A DNA stretch of 64,000 nt from Dipteris shenzhenensis (Eukaryota), in NCBI GenBank assembly GCA_047967505.1, contig CM106538.1; one strand, written 5' to 3'. Shown piece by piece: positions 37,402-49,500 of the stretch. The notes beneath the pieces are model-generated. The model had not been told where the DNA came from. It saw only the letters and a list, made by a program, of their open reading frames with translations, and ran no database searches. How positions within the stretch are numbered: the first letter of the stretch is position 1; every line of letters starts with the position of its first letter. Both the position numbers and the translations under genes were made by a program.

Positions 37402-38840
37402 GATGCAAATAAAGCAAAATCCCAAATGCTAGTGCCTGCAAGAGAGAATCACACCAAATACCAGGTGCACCCAAATGTGTATGCCACAATAGAGTGAAAT
37501 ATCACCAAAACTCAAAACTCAAAGCATCAAAAGATGCATCTGACTCATGTGCATATACTATGCATCCATATGAGCAAATCTGGCCCAAAAGAAAATGCCA
37601 ATAAGTGCCAAATGACTCAAGCATAAACACTGTCCACTGGCATATGCATCAATTATATCTCATCCAAGAGAGCATAGCACTATCAGTGCATCACCAACAA
37701 TGTGTCAAAGCTGTCCCTCAGCATAAAATAGCATCCATGTGCAAAGCGTCCATAAAAATAACATCCCACAAGGCAATTTGGGCCTATCAGCGCATCCAAC
37801 AAGGACCGCAATGCATCCAAATGGCCTATAAATCATCCACTGCAACCCAATGCATACCACGAATGAGCGCACACTGCTCAAACTGCAACCAGAGTGATCT
37901 GCATAAGGTATGCTCAAGAAATCATAGTCCCACGGTAATGAGCGCTACTGAAAATAGAACCTGAGATGCTTCAAAACATGGGCGCCATTGCATAATCGGA
38001 CTCAGCAAGAAAATCTGCAAATATCTCTCTTCTGCCAGAACTCCAAAATCCCAACCGATGAATGAGAAATGGGAGTCAACACTTATCCACTGCCATGTGG
38101 CATAAATCTAAGGTTTCAAAACCTTAGCATGAAAAATGCATAACAGAGAGACGAAATCGAATACACAGAGATTTATAACTCTGAAAATCCTCCACCGAAT
38201 CACGCAAGAACTGACAGGTAGGGGTTTTTGGGCGTCCGGAACGCAATGGGACAGACGGTTTTGGAAACCGTGGTCTCAATCACTGGGTCCAACACACGGA
38301 CTGAAAAACGTTTTTGGAAACAGAGCTATCTGTAAACTCCACCGGAGTGCGAATGATGAGCAACATAGAAGTTTTAGGACCTCCTGAGTCCACCGGAACT
38401 GACAGATCTGCAAATGGTTGCTCCAAACTTGAGTTCCAACACCCGGGCAAAAAACGCAGGAATTGACACAGTGAGTCAGAAATCCACTGAAATGATCTCA
38501 GATTCAAGAATGAAGGTGTTTCCAAGCTCCTGAAGTAATGTGGACACCAAAAGCAAGCAATAGTTGCCTCCACAAGTCAATACGGAGTCTCTGTCATCGA
38601 ACGGAACCATCGAACGGAACAGGGAAAAGCTCAAAAAACGACTTTTTCTTTGAAAGCTCTTAACAGGCTCTCAAAACCACTTCGTAAAGCCAAAGTGACT
38701 TTTCCAAAGGTTCCTCCAAGGTCTCTGCACACTCGGATGCAAGTAAAGTCACCCACAAAGCTTCTCCTTCCTCCCACAGAGCTGCTGAGCTTCAAGCATT
38801 CACGCACGCTCAGCTAGATCACCCGGGCTCTGATACCAGT

Positions 38841-39022
38841 TGAGAGTGCTCTCAACGGAAGCAAGAACAGAAGAAGGAGAGAGAGAGAGAGAGACAGAGA
38901 CAGAGAGCCACACAAGTTTGGTGGGTGCAGAACCACCCTAATCTTCTTTTTCATTCATTTATATATGTGTTTGAGTATTGTACATAACTGGGGTTAAGGC
39001 ACAGTGACCTTTAACCCCCACA
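38841..39022 (-). repeat. 5' LTR of the young copia element
   Basis: Adjacent to the iMet PBS; followed on the plus strand by the CAAAC TSD. Confidence 0.95.
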
Positions 39023-42000
39023 CAAACTTTAGATATAATGCTCCAATCACAAAATTAGCGATTAAAAGTCCTTTCTACTTGCTCTAACCTTTACAATGAT
39101 TTAATTTGGAGGGGAAATAATGCCCAAAATGCAAAAATACCCCCCAAAAAAAATGTAGATGAAGAAGCGATGTTCTCTATGAAACCAAATGAAGTCAATC
39201 TCAAATGTTGAATATGATGATGTTAAAAGCTTTATCCAAAACATTGATCACATTGTCAAAATAGAAATATAGAGTATGGTCTACTATTAGTTGTGCTACG
39301 TCATGAAAAAGTTAAAGTAGATATTCAAAAACAATAATGGAATGTTGTATGGGCATCACAAATGCATTTCATTTTCAAATACGTTTTTTAGGCTAAAAAT
39401 TATGACAAAGCAAGAGATGTAAGAATAGTGGAGAATAGAATTGCTTATTCATGGCTCCAAAATTTTCATTATAGCCTACAAAAATGTTGTGGAGCCTCAA
39501 GAAACCATAATGGGTTGTACAAGCTTCAATGAACTCTTTTCACTCTCTTTCTCACTTAGAAACACTCACAATTTCTTAAAAAACACACAAGCTAAAAAAT
39601 GAGATTTCTCTCACAAAACTCTTACTATAGCATATAGCCTCACTACACTCATAACGAGGCTCTAACAAAAGCTCTTGTAGGCTCTTACTGAGCTTTAATG
39701 TAAATAATAAATAATATAAACCCTTCAGGGTTAGGGTTAGGGTTTCTAACCTTTTCCCTTTTCAAACTCTTATGTGTTAGTGCTTATTCTCTTTATAACA
39801 AGTCTTCAATAGAGGAGGAGGAGGGAGGAAGAATGGTTGGAGAGTACAACAATATGGGTTGCAAGGGTTGGGCAAGAGTAATAACATGCCAATGCACATA
39901 TTTAGTGTAAGGGAACATGGACACAAGGAGATCAAGCATATGGACACAAAAGTAATCTGAACACTAAGACCCAAAGGGAGCAATCATCATTTCATTAGAA
40001 GATATTTATACAAGTTTTGGACTCCTCTCTCAGGTGAGAATTTTTTATCTCTAGACTATCATCTATTTCTAGACTTTCTAGCTCTACACTTTCTCTCTAG
40101 ATTTTCTCTCTCTATAAAATTGACAACGTTTTAGAGATGAATCCTTGAGATTTTTACAAGGAGTTTTGTGTTTCTTGGCATCCTTTCATGCTTACTAAGA
40201 GGCCCATTGAAAGGGGTCCTTCAAGCATAGTGATATTGTTGCTCAACACACGCTCATGTCTTGGATTGTCCCTTAGATTGGTGCACAAACAATCTTAACA
40301 AATTCCCTAGACTGATTTGGCTGCCCATCCTTGGGTTGTGGTTGATTTTGAAGTCAAAGTTATGCTACTATCTTCTTTTCTCAACTGTTGTGGTAGAGGT
40401 GGCATTAATGTCTGAATTGGCAAGCTTGTAAGCTCCATAGACCGTTTGGTTTGTATCCAAGAAGCCTATGTCGACAAATTGGCAAAAAACTTATCCGTCA
40501 AGTGATATGATGCATTGAAAGTGACAACTTCTAGTCTAAGTATTTATCTTATAATTGGATTAAAGTTGAGTTGGGGTAGATGCTATTTAATTAATGGTGA
40601 GACTTCCAAGATTATTGCCAATGTCTAATATTTGATTCTACTTTGCATATTCTTGAGGAATGTGTCAATGTTATCACTAGTTTGCATGTGATTCATGCTT
40701 GTCTAATGCTTGTATGAGCATATGTGGATTAACCATTCCATTTTTTGAGCACTTATGAATTTGTGGCCAATGCGGAGGTGCTCCATGTTTGAGTGTGCAT
40801 ATTCTTGCATTGCATTTGTGTCAATGTGACTTAGAACAGGCTTAGAAGTAAATTTGGAGTGTGCCCTAGAGCAGAGGATAGTACTACAAGGTACTCTTTT
40901 TTGGACATGTTTTCCTTCTCCACTTGGGTTGTGGATCTACTTGCACATAAGGGCTTTCATTATTTGCTCATTGCATATGTTCATTGGGGTTCTTGTGACA
41001 CTCCCCCCTACTCTTTTGTTTTGACATTTTTGCCAAAATTATTGTACAAGGTTTGTTAATGCCAAATGGTGGTGATGGTAGCACTGATTTCTCAATTTTC
41101 GTAGTGACCCTTCATTCATCAAAAAATGTGGGGCAATTACCTTTTCTAGATAACCAAAAGAGTGTTGCCCTCATTAAGTAAATGGGAATCAGTGTGAAAC
41201 ATGCATAGCATGGGGGACAAGGGGGAAGCAAACAACTCAAAGTGACATGAATATTGAAAGAGAGAGAGAAGGAAAGATTATAATAGTTCAACTTGAAGAG
41301 GTCTTTCTATTACTTAGCCAAATTGGCTCGAGTACAAACATGCTTAGGTGCACTCCACACATGAGTTGCCTATGTTTTAGAACAACCCTAACTTCTAGGC
41401 CTTTAGAACTAGTAGTGGGTACTATAGCCATCAGATTATCAATGGTTTGCACCTCCCTAGTCAAAAGCCATAACTTTGTATATATTTGGGCTGACAAGCT
41501 TCACTCAAACAAATCCTTCATGCATAGTCTTTATGGCTTCCTTGGTCCCAGGGGTTGACTAATTGCTAGTTACTCTAATGACACTTTTGTTTACATTTGT
41601 GCCTATTGTGACCCTAACAATCAAGGTCCTTTGCTGACTTGCTTTGTTGTGTAGTGTCACCCAACTTGACGCCTAGTCTAACCTATAGACTGGGAAATTC
41701 TCCATATGATGTTGACGAATGGGTTTGATTTCCTCCCTACTTTGCTAAGTCCTTTGAATGGTAGCTCTGGTTGCTCACTTTGTCCTTTGCTCTATGAGCT
41801 TTCCCTTGAACGAAGCTAACTCGTTTTGTAAAGCAACATCGCCCTACTTATTTCCTAGTGCCACCTATGGATTGGGCATTCTCAATACGATGTTGATGCA
41901 TGAGTTTGAACCGCTCCCTGCTTTGTTAAGTACTTTGGTCATTCATCCTTTGTTCCTACTTTCATGGCTGCTTTGTGTTGAGCAAGATCAATAGTGAGAT

Positions 42001-44132
42001 AGGGAAGAGCACTACTGTGCTTTGCCCTTTCCTCCTTGCATTTATTTGGCTTCTGAGTGGAGACGTTGGCCCCCTTGGTGTCTAAGTCAATCAAATGCTC
42101 CCTTGGGATCACCCTTTCTCTCTCCTACTCCCTTAATTCAGTGGTCCTCTTTTGTTGGGCCATGCAAAATCCTCCTAGGTTTTCCTTCTTGCTGCTTCAT
42201 CCTCAACTTTAGTGATAGTTGTTGCAAGCTCCTTTGTTGTTGTTAAATCTTGATTGCCACTAATCCTTTGCTAATTTAGCCCTTAGCTTTGTGGCTTTGG
42301 TAACTATTGTTGGTTATCTCTCAGCCTATTGGTCTGCTTGTTTGTTGGCCGCTTTGCTAGTTTCCTTCTTTGGTTGACTAGGTCTCTTGCACTCAAATAA
42401 TGATCTTTGGCCCCCCTTTGCTTAGGCTAGCTACTTGGCTACCTTCTTCTTCAGCCTTCTATTTATGTTGACTCCATTACTCCTTCACTTTAAGATAGTT
42501 TGTTTGCTCTTTCCAATGGCTTCTGCAGGAAGAGCAGGGTATTCTCAGTATGTAGGGTTTCGAGGCTTTTTGTCATCTATAGATATATCGGTGTGGCTTT
42601 TTGTAGTATAAGTGTAGCTTAGGACCTTGGCTTGTATTCCGGTGAGGACGTAGGCTTAAGTGTGGTAAGCAAACATAGTGCATACATGTATGAAAAGGAT
42701 GTGCATCATCATGATTGGGGTAATAAAGGCTTTCATCTTCATTGGGGGTTGAAGGGTTTAGAAGGAGTTCCAAGGTTTAGAAGAGTTTTAGGGTTCATAA
42801 GGAGGATCCAAGGTTTAGGGTAGAGTACATGGCGGAAAGCTCCTCTCCCTCGTAGATTATGGAGGTCAAGGGTTGAGGGACTAAGGGTTTAGGGGGAGCA
42901 TAGGAGTGGGAGAGGAAGAAGGTCTAAGAGTAGAAGGGAGGAGAAGGGGGAGGAGAAGAGGGGAGGAGAAGGGAGGAGGAGGAGGGAGGAAGAGGAGGAG
43001 GAGGAGGAGGAAGGAGGTGGGAGGAGAAGGGAGGAGGAGGAGGGAGGAGATGGGTTGCAAGGTTGTAGGAGAGGGGAGGAGGAGTTGCAAGGTTAGGACA
43101 TGCTTTTAGACGTGGAGTGCAAGGAAGCATGGACACTTGGAGACAACTGCTTGGAATACCAAAGTGGAACCCAACACAATGCCCCAAAGAGTGTGAGCTT
43201 CATTCCATTACGGGGTGTTTATACAAGTTGGAGAGCTTCTCTCTCTACATGTAGGAATTGTAAGACATTCTCTCTCTACATGTAGAACTTGCATCTAGAA
43301 GTTGCATGAAGTTGAACTTGCATGTAAGAGTTGCATGTTGCATGTAGGAGTTCCATGTAGAACTCGCATGTAGGAGTTGCATGTTGCATGTAGAACGTGC
43401 AAGTTGGATTCTTAAGAGGGATTATTCCTAGGCTTATGCAAGTACAAGCGGAGCTTTGCCGCTACTCTACCCACACATTCTGTGCTACCTAAGTCCCTGT
43501 TGGCACAGAGACAACATACTCTTGGATCATTTTACTACCCATCCTCGAGTTATGGCTTATTGTGATCACGGAGTTGTGATGCCATGCGTGTAACCTAGTG
43601 GCTGTGAAACTTGTGATGTGCCAGTTGATCCTGTTGTAAAGCCTTGGCCCCATACAATTTTTGCTATCTTTCTAGGAAGTCTGTATCTACCATTTGTTTG
43701 AACAGAGATATGTAGCGTGCTTCTAAGAAAATGACTCTTTGATAGAGTCGGCTTGTAGTTTGAGCATCGATCCATTCATTGGGATTGAAACTGAACGGAG
43801 GCAAATGTCGATTGATGTGGCTGGGGACCTCCAAAATGTATTCCAAGTTTTGCAGAAGATAGCACTTTGGTGAAGGATGCAATCAATGTTGCCACGCATT
43901 ATTTCCTTATGCTATTGGAGTGCTTGGATCAGTGTGCCTTGGATGTTCCATTCTACACCAGAGTATGGCTCGATCATTGGCCAATTAATGATGCGATCCT
44001 TGCCCAAAGTGTGTATATTGGCCTCCCATCTGTGACGTCATGGAACTGCATCGAATTTGGGATGGGTTATGAGACATGGAGGTGCACGTAGGTATTCTTT
44101 CAAGAACATTATATCAAAGAGTTTGGGGCGGC

Positions 44133-44623
44133 GCCAATCAGGTTGGGGATCCAAGTGGTTGACCCAAGCTTCACTAACTTGATGTTGATGAAGGTTGGTA
44201 GGGAAATTGTCCAAGGTCCCATCCACCTCGAGTTTTCATATCAAGATATTTGCTCTAGAAATCCTTGATAAGGTTACTAGGAAGTGGTATCACACATCAA
44301 ATTCATATCCATCATTGGAATTTGGTATGGGAGTGTGAATTGGATTATATGGATCCTGATATTCAAAATCAAATACTGGGCCAATCAGGTTGGGGATCCA
44401 AGTGGCTGACCCAAGCTTCACTAACTTCATGTTGACGAAGGTTGGTAGGGAAGTTGTCCAGGGTCCATCCACCTCAAGATTTCATATCATGATATTTGCT
44501 CCAGAAATCCTTGATGGGGTTACTAGGAAGTGGTATCACATCAAATTCATACCCATCATTGGAATTTGGCATGGGAGTGTGAATTGGATTATCTAGATCC
44601 TGATATTCAAAATCAAATACTGG
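44133..44623. repeat. 247-bp tandem duplication inside the Athila-like element
   Basis: gccaatcaggttggggatccaagtgg at 44133 and 44380, colinear to aaatactggg. Confidence 0.9.
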
Positions 44624-45448
44624 GTCATTTTTTACTGATGGTAGCACAAGTAGTGTTAGAGGTGATGGCGGGGCAGGGAGAGAATCTGAGGACATGGGGG
44701 AGAAATATGGAAGAGTGATAGCTATGGGAGGGGAATCAGAGGGGAGGGAGGGAAAAACTAGGCAAATGGTTTGAGTAGCTTGGTAATCCTCGAGGGTAGG
44801 ATTAGCAAGGGAAGGGAAGAAGCTAGGTGTGAGGGGCTCGTAAGTTTGTGACTGTTGGGTTAGTTGAAAGTGGTGAGCAAAGAGACAATGAAGGGAGTAG
44901 ATGTTAGGATGGAGCTCAAGGAAGGTTAAAAGGGTGATAGCAGCAAGGGTAAGTGAGGCTATGAGATTGGCATAGAGAGTGGTTAGATATGGAAAGTTAG
45001 ATGTGAAATAAGCCATGTCATCCTCCGACACTTCTTTATATTGGTGCAATGCGATCATCAACTGTTGCTGCAAGGTTGGGATATCGATTATGTCATGCCT
45101 TGTAGATAACAGTGTGACACAAAACTGGGGGTTTGGTTTTGGTCACGTCTCAACCCACAAATTGAAGAAGAGAGAAGAGTAATGGGCATTAGATGAAGCT
45201 TAAAGAGACACTCACTCTTATCTTCTCAGATCAAAACAAAGATATAGATGTCAAAGGTGAGGTTGTACTCTAGCATTGGAAATAAGAAAGGCTAAGGGGA
45301 AGCATTGATTTGAGCTTATTGGTCAGCCCCAAAAGTAAGGGCGAGCCATTGTTAGAAGAACATCTTTTGACTCAACACAATGTGAACTGATGTGAAAGGT
45401 GTGAATTGATAGGGTTGATTTGGCTGAATGGGACGGCTAGGACAAAAC

Positions 45449-45905
45449 ATAGATCTCCAAAAGATGACGATTCTAATATTAGTTTCATTCAAAATGGAGC
45501 TTGGAACAAAAAGTTATGATGGTTTCATGAAAGGTTCTCAAAACTGCTCTAAACAATAGACTCGACCACTCAGACAACAGTAACTTTTATTATCTAAATG
45601 GAACAAATATTAGAATACATCAATAGATAGATCTTGAAAAGACGAAGATTTTGATATAAGTTTCATTCAAAACGGAGCTTGGAATAGAAAGTTATGATGG
45701 TTTTACGAAAGGTTCTCAAAACTGCTCCAAACAACAGACCCGACCACTCAAACAACAATAACTTTTATTCTACTAAAGATAACAAATATCTGAATACATT
45801 AATAGATAGATCTTGAAAAGATGAAGATTCTGATATAAGTTTCATTCAAAACGGAGCTTGGAGTAGAAAGTTATGACCATTTTACAGAAGATTGTCAAAA
45901 CTGTC
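45449..45905. repeat. ~179-bp tandem repeat, about 2.5 copies, inside the Athila-like element
   Basis: atagatct...tttcattcaaaacggagcttgga recurs at 45449, 45627 and 45806. Confidence 0.9.
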
Positions 45906-46170
45906 CATACCCGACTGCAGTTATGGAAACGGCAACGATCTCCTTCAGTAGAGAAGTAGCTTCCAAGATACATGGCCAATTGAGGTTGCCTAAGGGAGTA
46001 GAGAATACCCTTAAAATAGATCTAGAAATGACTCACTCATGTGGGTACACTAAGCTTTAGAGCGAGGAGAGAGGAGATGGAACAAGGATGAGGAAAAACA
46101 AGCGGCACAATTGGTTTTTTTGCTCCTATCCCCACATTGACACTTACTCTGGTGTCACGATTTTGGATTA

Positions 46171-46551
46171 TCACTCTATCATTTCCCAATCATGGAGGAC
46201 TGATGCTTCACACAACCGACGTCCCAGCAAGATTTGATAGGATTTCTTGGGAAGATCCAAGATTGTAAATTGAAGGGAAAAGTAGACTCCTGCGACTTTT
46301 GTTGACACACCATTCACTATTCCCAAGGGCTTTGCCCGTGAATCATCGGCAAGGCATATGTTGAAATTAGCCTTTTGCATTAGTGGGAGACCCCATTCAT
46401 CATAGGGCTCATTGGATAAGACATTTATACTTGCTCCACCATCCACTATGGCTTGGACTTCATTATATGCTTTTTGGAGCAAAGGCATAGTGATGTTGCA
46501 TATGTCATCTCTCTCACCCATCCGCATAGGGATATCTTCTATGTCTTCCAT
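46171..46551 (-). pseudogene. Retrotransposon aspartic protease fragment
   Basis: VQAIVDGGASINVL, LADDSRAKPLGIV and ILLGR are Ty3/gypsy protease motifs; the neighbouring gag frame is broken by stops and frameshifts. Confidence 0.8.
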
Positions 46552-49500
46552 AGGTGGAGGGGGATTTGCTAGTTTAATCTAGCCTTTGAAACTCTCCTAA
46601 AGTTTGGGACAATTCCATTAGAGGATTCCAATGGGAATTGACACATGGCAACTTAGAATGCTAGAGAGTGCGGCACCTTTAAGTTGGCGTGACGGTACAT
46701 TATGTTGTGGATTTGGTTGTTGGAATAGAGGCTCAAGTACAGTATCAATACTCAGTGGGGCCAACTCAAGGATAGGATCTTGTGCTTGCTTCTCAGCCTC
46801 AAATTGAGCTTGTTCCTTTTGCACCCATTGTTGACATGCCTGAAATCAAGCCTTCTCCACTTCTGCATTCACGTATGGAGCTTCTTTTATTTTGAAGCTT
46901 AGGAGTTGATGTGGATGAGATTGGTTGTTTATTGCTTGGTGGAGGTAGAGGCACTTGTGCTTTCTATTGAAGAGATCATCTTGATTGAAGTGACATATTA
47001 GGATCCTTGGTGGCCTCTTTTTGCTGGCATGTAATTACGCTCATAGATTGTGATATTATGCTTGCTAGCCTAGACTTTGATGGTAACAATGCTAATTGGG
47101 ACGTCAAGCTTAGCCTCATTTTGTTGTGGGACCTTATTTTTCATGGGACAATCCATACAGGCATGACCTATGCCATAATCTCTGTAGAGTGGTTGGAAAG
47201 TAGCAAGGCTACCACGATGAGGACACTTTGTGATTCGATGATTCTCTCCACAACTGTAGCTCGATATGTATTGGGCAAAACTTGATTCATATAGACTGGT
47301 ATTAAATCTTTTGCTCCTTCCACATAGTACATGGGGTACTCAACTTCATACTCAAATGGCAAATCCACTTCCTCGGCTTGAAGTTGTTGTATTGGAACTA
47401 TCGGAGGAGCTAGATTTGGCGCTCTTGGATATGGTTGTCGATTTGAATTCCTGAGTAATTACAGAACTTGGGTCCGGATGGGAACATGATTCAGCCTTGG
47501 AGCTGGGGGTGCTTGTCCAAGTGCCCACTGGGATGGGTGCTGGTTGGTATTGTTGAGGTCAAGGTGGGTTGTTGCACATGTTGAAGATGCAACTATTTTT
47601 GTCGTGGCCATCGACTACATAGATATGGCACCACAACCTTGGCGATGGATTTGCTTATGCAATGATCCTAGCTCTAAGAACCGGGCATCCATTTACTGTA
47701 TGATTGGCCATGCAGTGTGGACACCATACATTTTCTCGCCGTAGATAAGTCTGAGGTGGCAGCTGAGACATGTGAAGCTTTTGTTCCCTGGCCTGCACCA
47801 TTTCTTCTTTTAGCTTAAGGTTAGGGTCAAACCCTAAACTCTTACCAGGCCGAGACCGCCGAGCCATAACTTTTCATGATTAGCTCAAATCGCTCTTCTG
47901 TAACAAGGTGAAATGTTCAAAATTGTGAGCTCTACGCATTGGTGTCCATTACCTAGCCTGATTTATTCTTTAAGTGGCTTCTTTTTAAGAAATAAGGAAA
48001 TTTTCTTAAGGTAGTAATCGAAGGTTGATGCTTGGGATTGATATGTTTGGCTAGAGTTAGAATTTTTTTAAAAACTCTCCTTGCCCTTGAGTGTTATGTT
48101 TGTGAAAGTTTGTAGTAGTTTGTTTTTTACACATACTTGTGTATGTTTACTCGTTACTTGAGAAGCAAGTCTCCTTGGCAGCGGTGCCAAATGTTTGCTC
48201 TTTCCCATGACTTCCATAGGAAGAGCAGGGTATTCTCAATATGTAGGGTTCCCAGGCTTTTTGTCACCTACGGATAAATCGGTGTGGTCATTTGTAGTAT
48301 AAGTGTAGCTTAAGTGTGGTAAGCAAACATAGTGCATGCATGTGTGAAAAAAGGACGTGCATCATCATGATTGGGCTAATGAAGGCTTTTGCCTTCATTG
48401 GGGGTTGAAGGGTTTAGAAGGAGTTCCAGAGTTTAGAAGAGTTTTAGGGTTCAGAAGGAGGATCCAAGGTTCAGGTTAGAGTACATGGCAAAGAACTCAC
48501 CTCCCTCGTAGATCATGGAGGTCAAGGGACTAAGGGTTTAGAGGGAGCATAGGAGTGGGAGAGGAAGAAGATGTAAGAGTAGAAGAGAGGAGGAGGAGGG
48601 AACAGGAGGGAGGAGAAGGGGGTGGAGAAGGGGGGAGGAGGAGGGAGGAGAAGGGAGGAGGAAGAGGGAGGAAGAGGGAGGAGAAGGATGGAGGAGGAGG
48701 GAGGAGATCCGTTGCAAGGTTGGAGGAGAGGGGGGGAGGAGTTACAAGGTTAGGACATGCTTTTGGACATGGAGTGCAAGGAAGCATGGACACTTGGAGA
48801 CAATTGCTTGGAATACCAAAGTAGAACTCAACACAATGCCCCAAAGAGTGTGGGCTTCATTCCATTATGGGGTATTTATACAAGTTGGAGAGCTTCTCTC
48901 TCTGCATGTAGGAATTGTAAGACATTCTCTCTCTACATGTAGAACTTGCATCTAGAAGTTGCATGTAGGAGTTGCAAGTTGAACTTGCATGTAGGAGTTG
49001 CATGTTGTATGTAGGAGTTGCAAGTTGCATGTAGAACATGCAAGTTGGATTCCTAAGAGGGATTATTCCTAGCCTTATGCAAGTATAAGTGGAGCTTTGC
49101 CTTGCTACCCTACATACACATTCTATGCTACCTAAGTCCCTGTTGGCATAGAGACAACATAGTTGTTTTTTGATGGGGAATTCTGAGCTTTGAGCACCTC
49201 GACATTATTGAGGATGATGCACCTATGCATCCTACGCCACATGCTCCTTTGCTGTCATCATCCATCTTCTTTAGATTCTTGGGGTCTTGGGGCCGGGTGA
49301 GCAATTATAGTAGTTCTTCTATTTGTCGACTAAGATTCATCCTATTGTCTTTGGATCCCCTCAAATAGTTTTGATAATTTATTGGTCAACTTGGCTTGCA
49401 TCACTATGAGCTTTTCTTTTGAGACAGGGACCTTGTCGCACTAGGCTTCAAGAATGCTGACTTGGGTCTTGAGTTTCAATCCCTAAATTTGTATCAACAT

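Larger units (their letters stand above)
33101..39022 (-). mobile_element. Full-length young Ty1/copia LTR retrotransposon (Tnt1/Tork-like)
   Basis: LTRs 33101-33282 and 38841-39022 (TG...CA, 182 bp, one mismatch). CAAAC target-site duplication at 33096-33100 and 39023-39027. PBS TGGTATCAGAGC (tRNA-iMet) at 38838-38827. Purine tract next to the left (3') LTR. Domain order gag-PR-INT-RT-RH. Confidence 0.97.
42501..49159 (-). mobile_element. Non-autonomous Ty3/gypsy (Athila-like) LTR element with decayed gag and protease, no RT/integrase seen
   Basis: LTRs 42501-43516 and 48192-49159 (TG...CA, GA-rich core). TAGTT TSD at 42496-42500 and 49160-49164. PBS TGGCACCGCTGCC at 48189-48177 resembles the tRNA-Asp PBS (TGGCGCCGTTGCC) of Athila. 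Knuckle-like CPHCMANHTVNGC near 47700; aspartic protease AIVDGGASINVL...ILLGR in 46171-46551. Confidence 0.88.

Noticed and set aside
39728-39744. Telomere-like gggttagggttagggtt
   Set aside because: Fewer than three full units; too short to call an interstitial telomere.
42881-43187. Pro/Leu- or Arg/Glu/Gly-rich ORFs here and at 48530-48844
   Set aside because: They are translations of the GGA/GA-rich low-complexity tract within the two LTRs.
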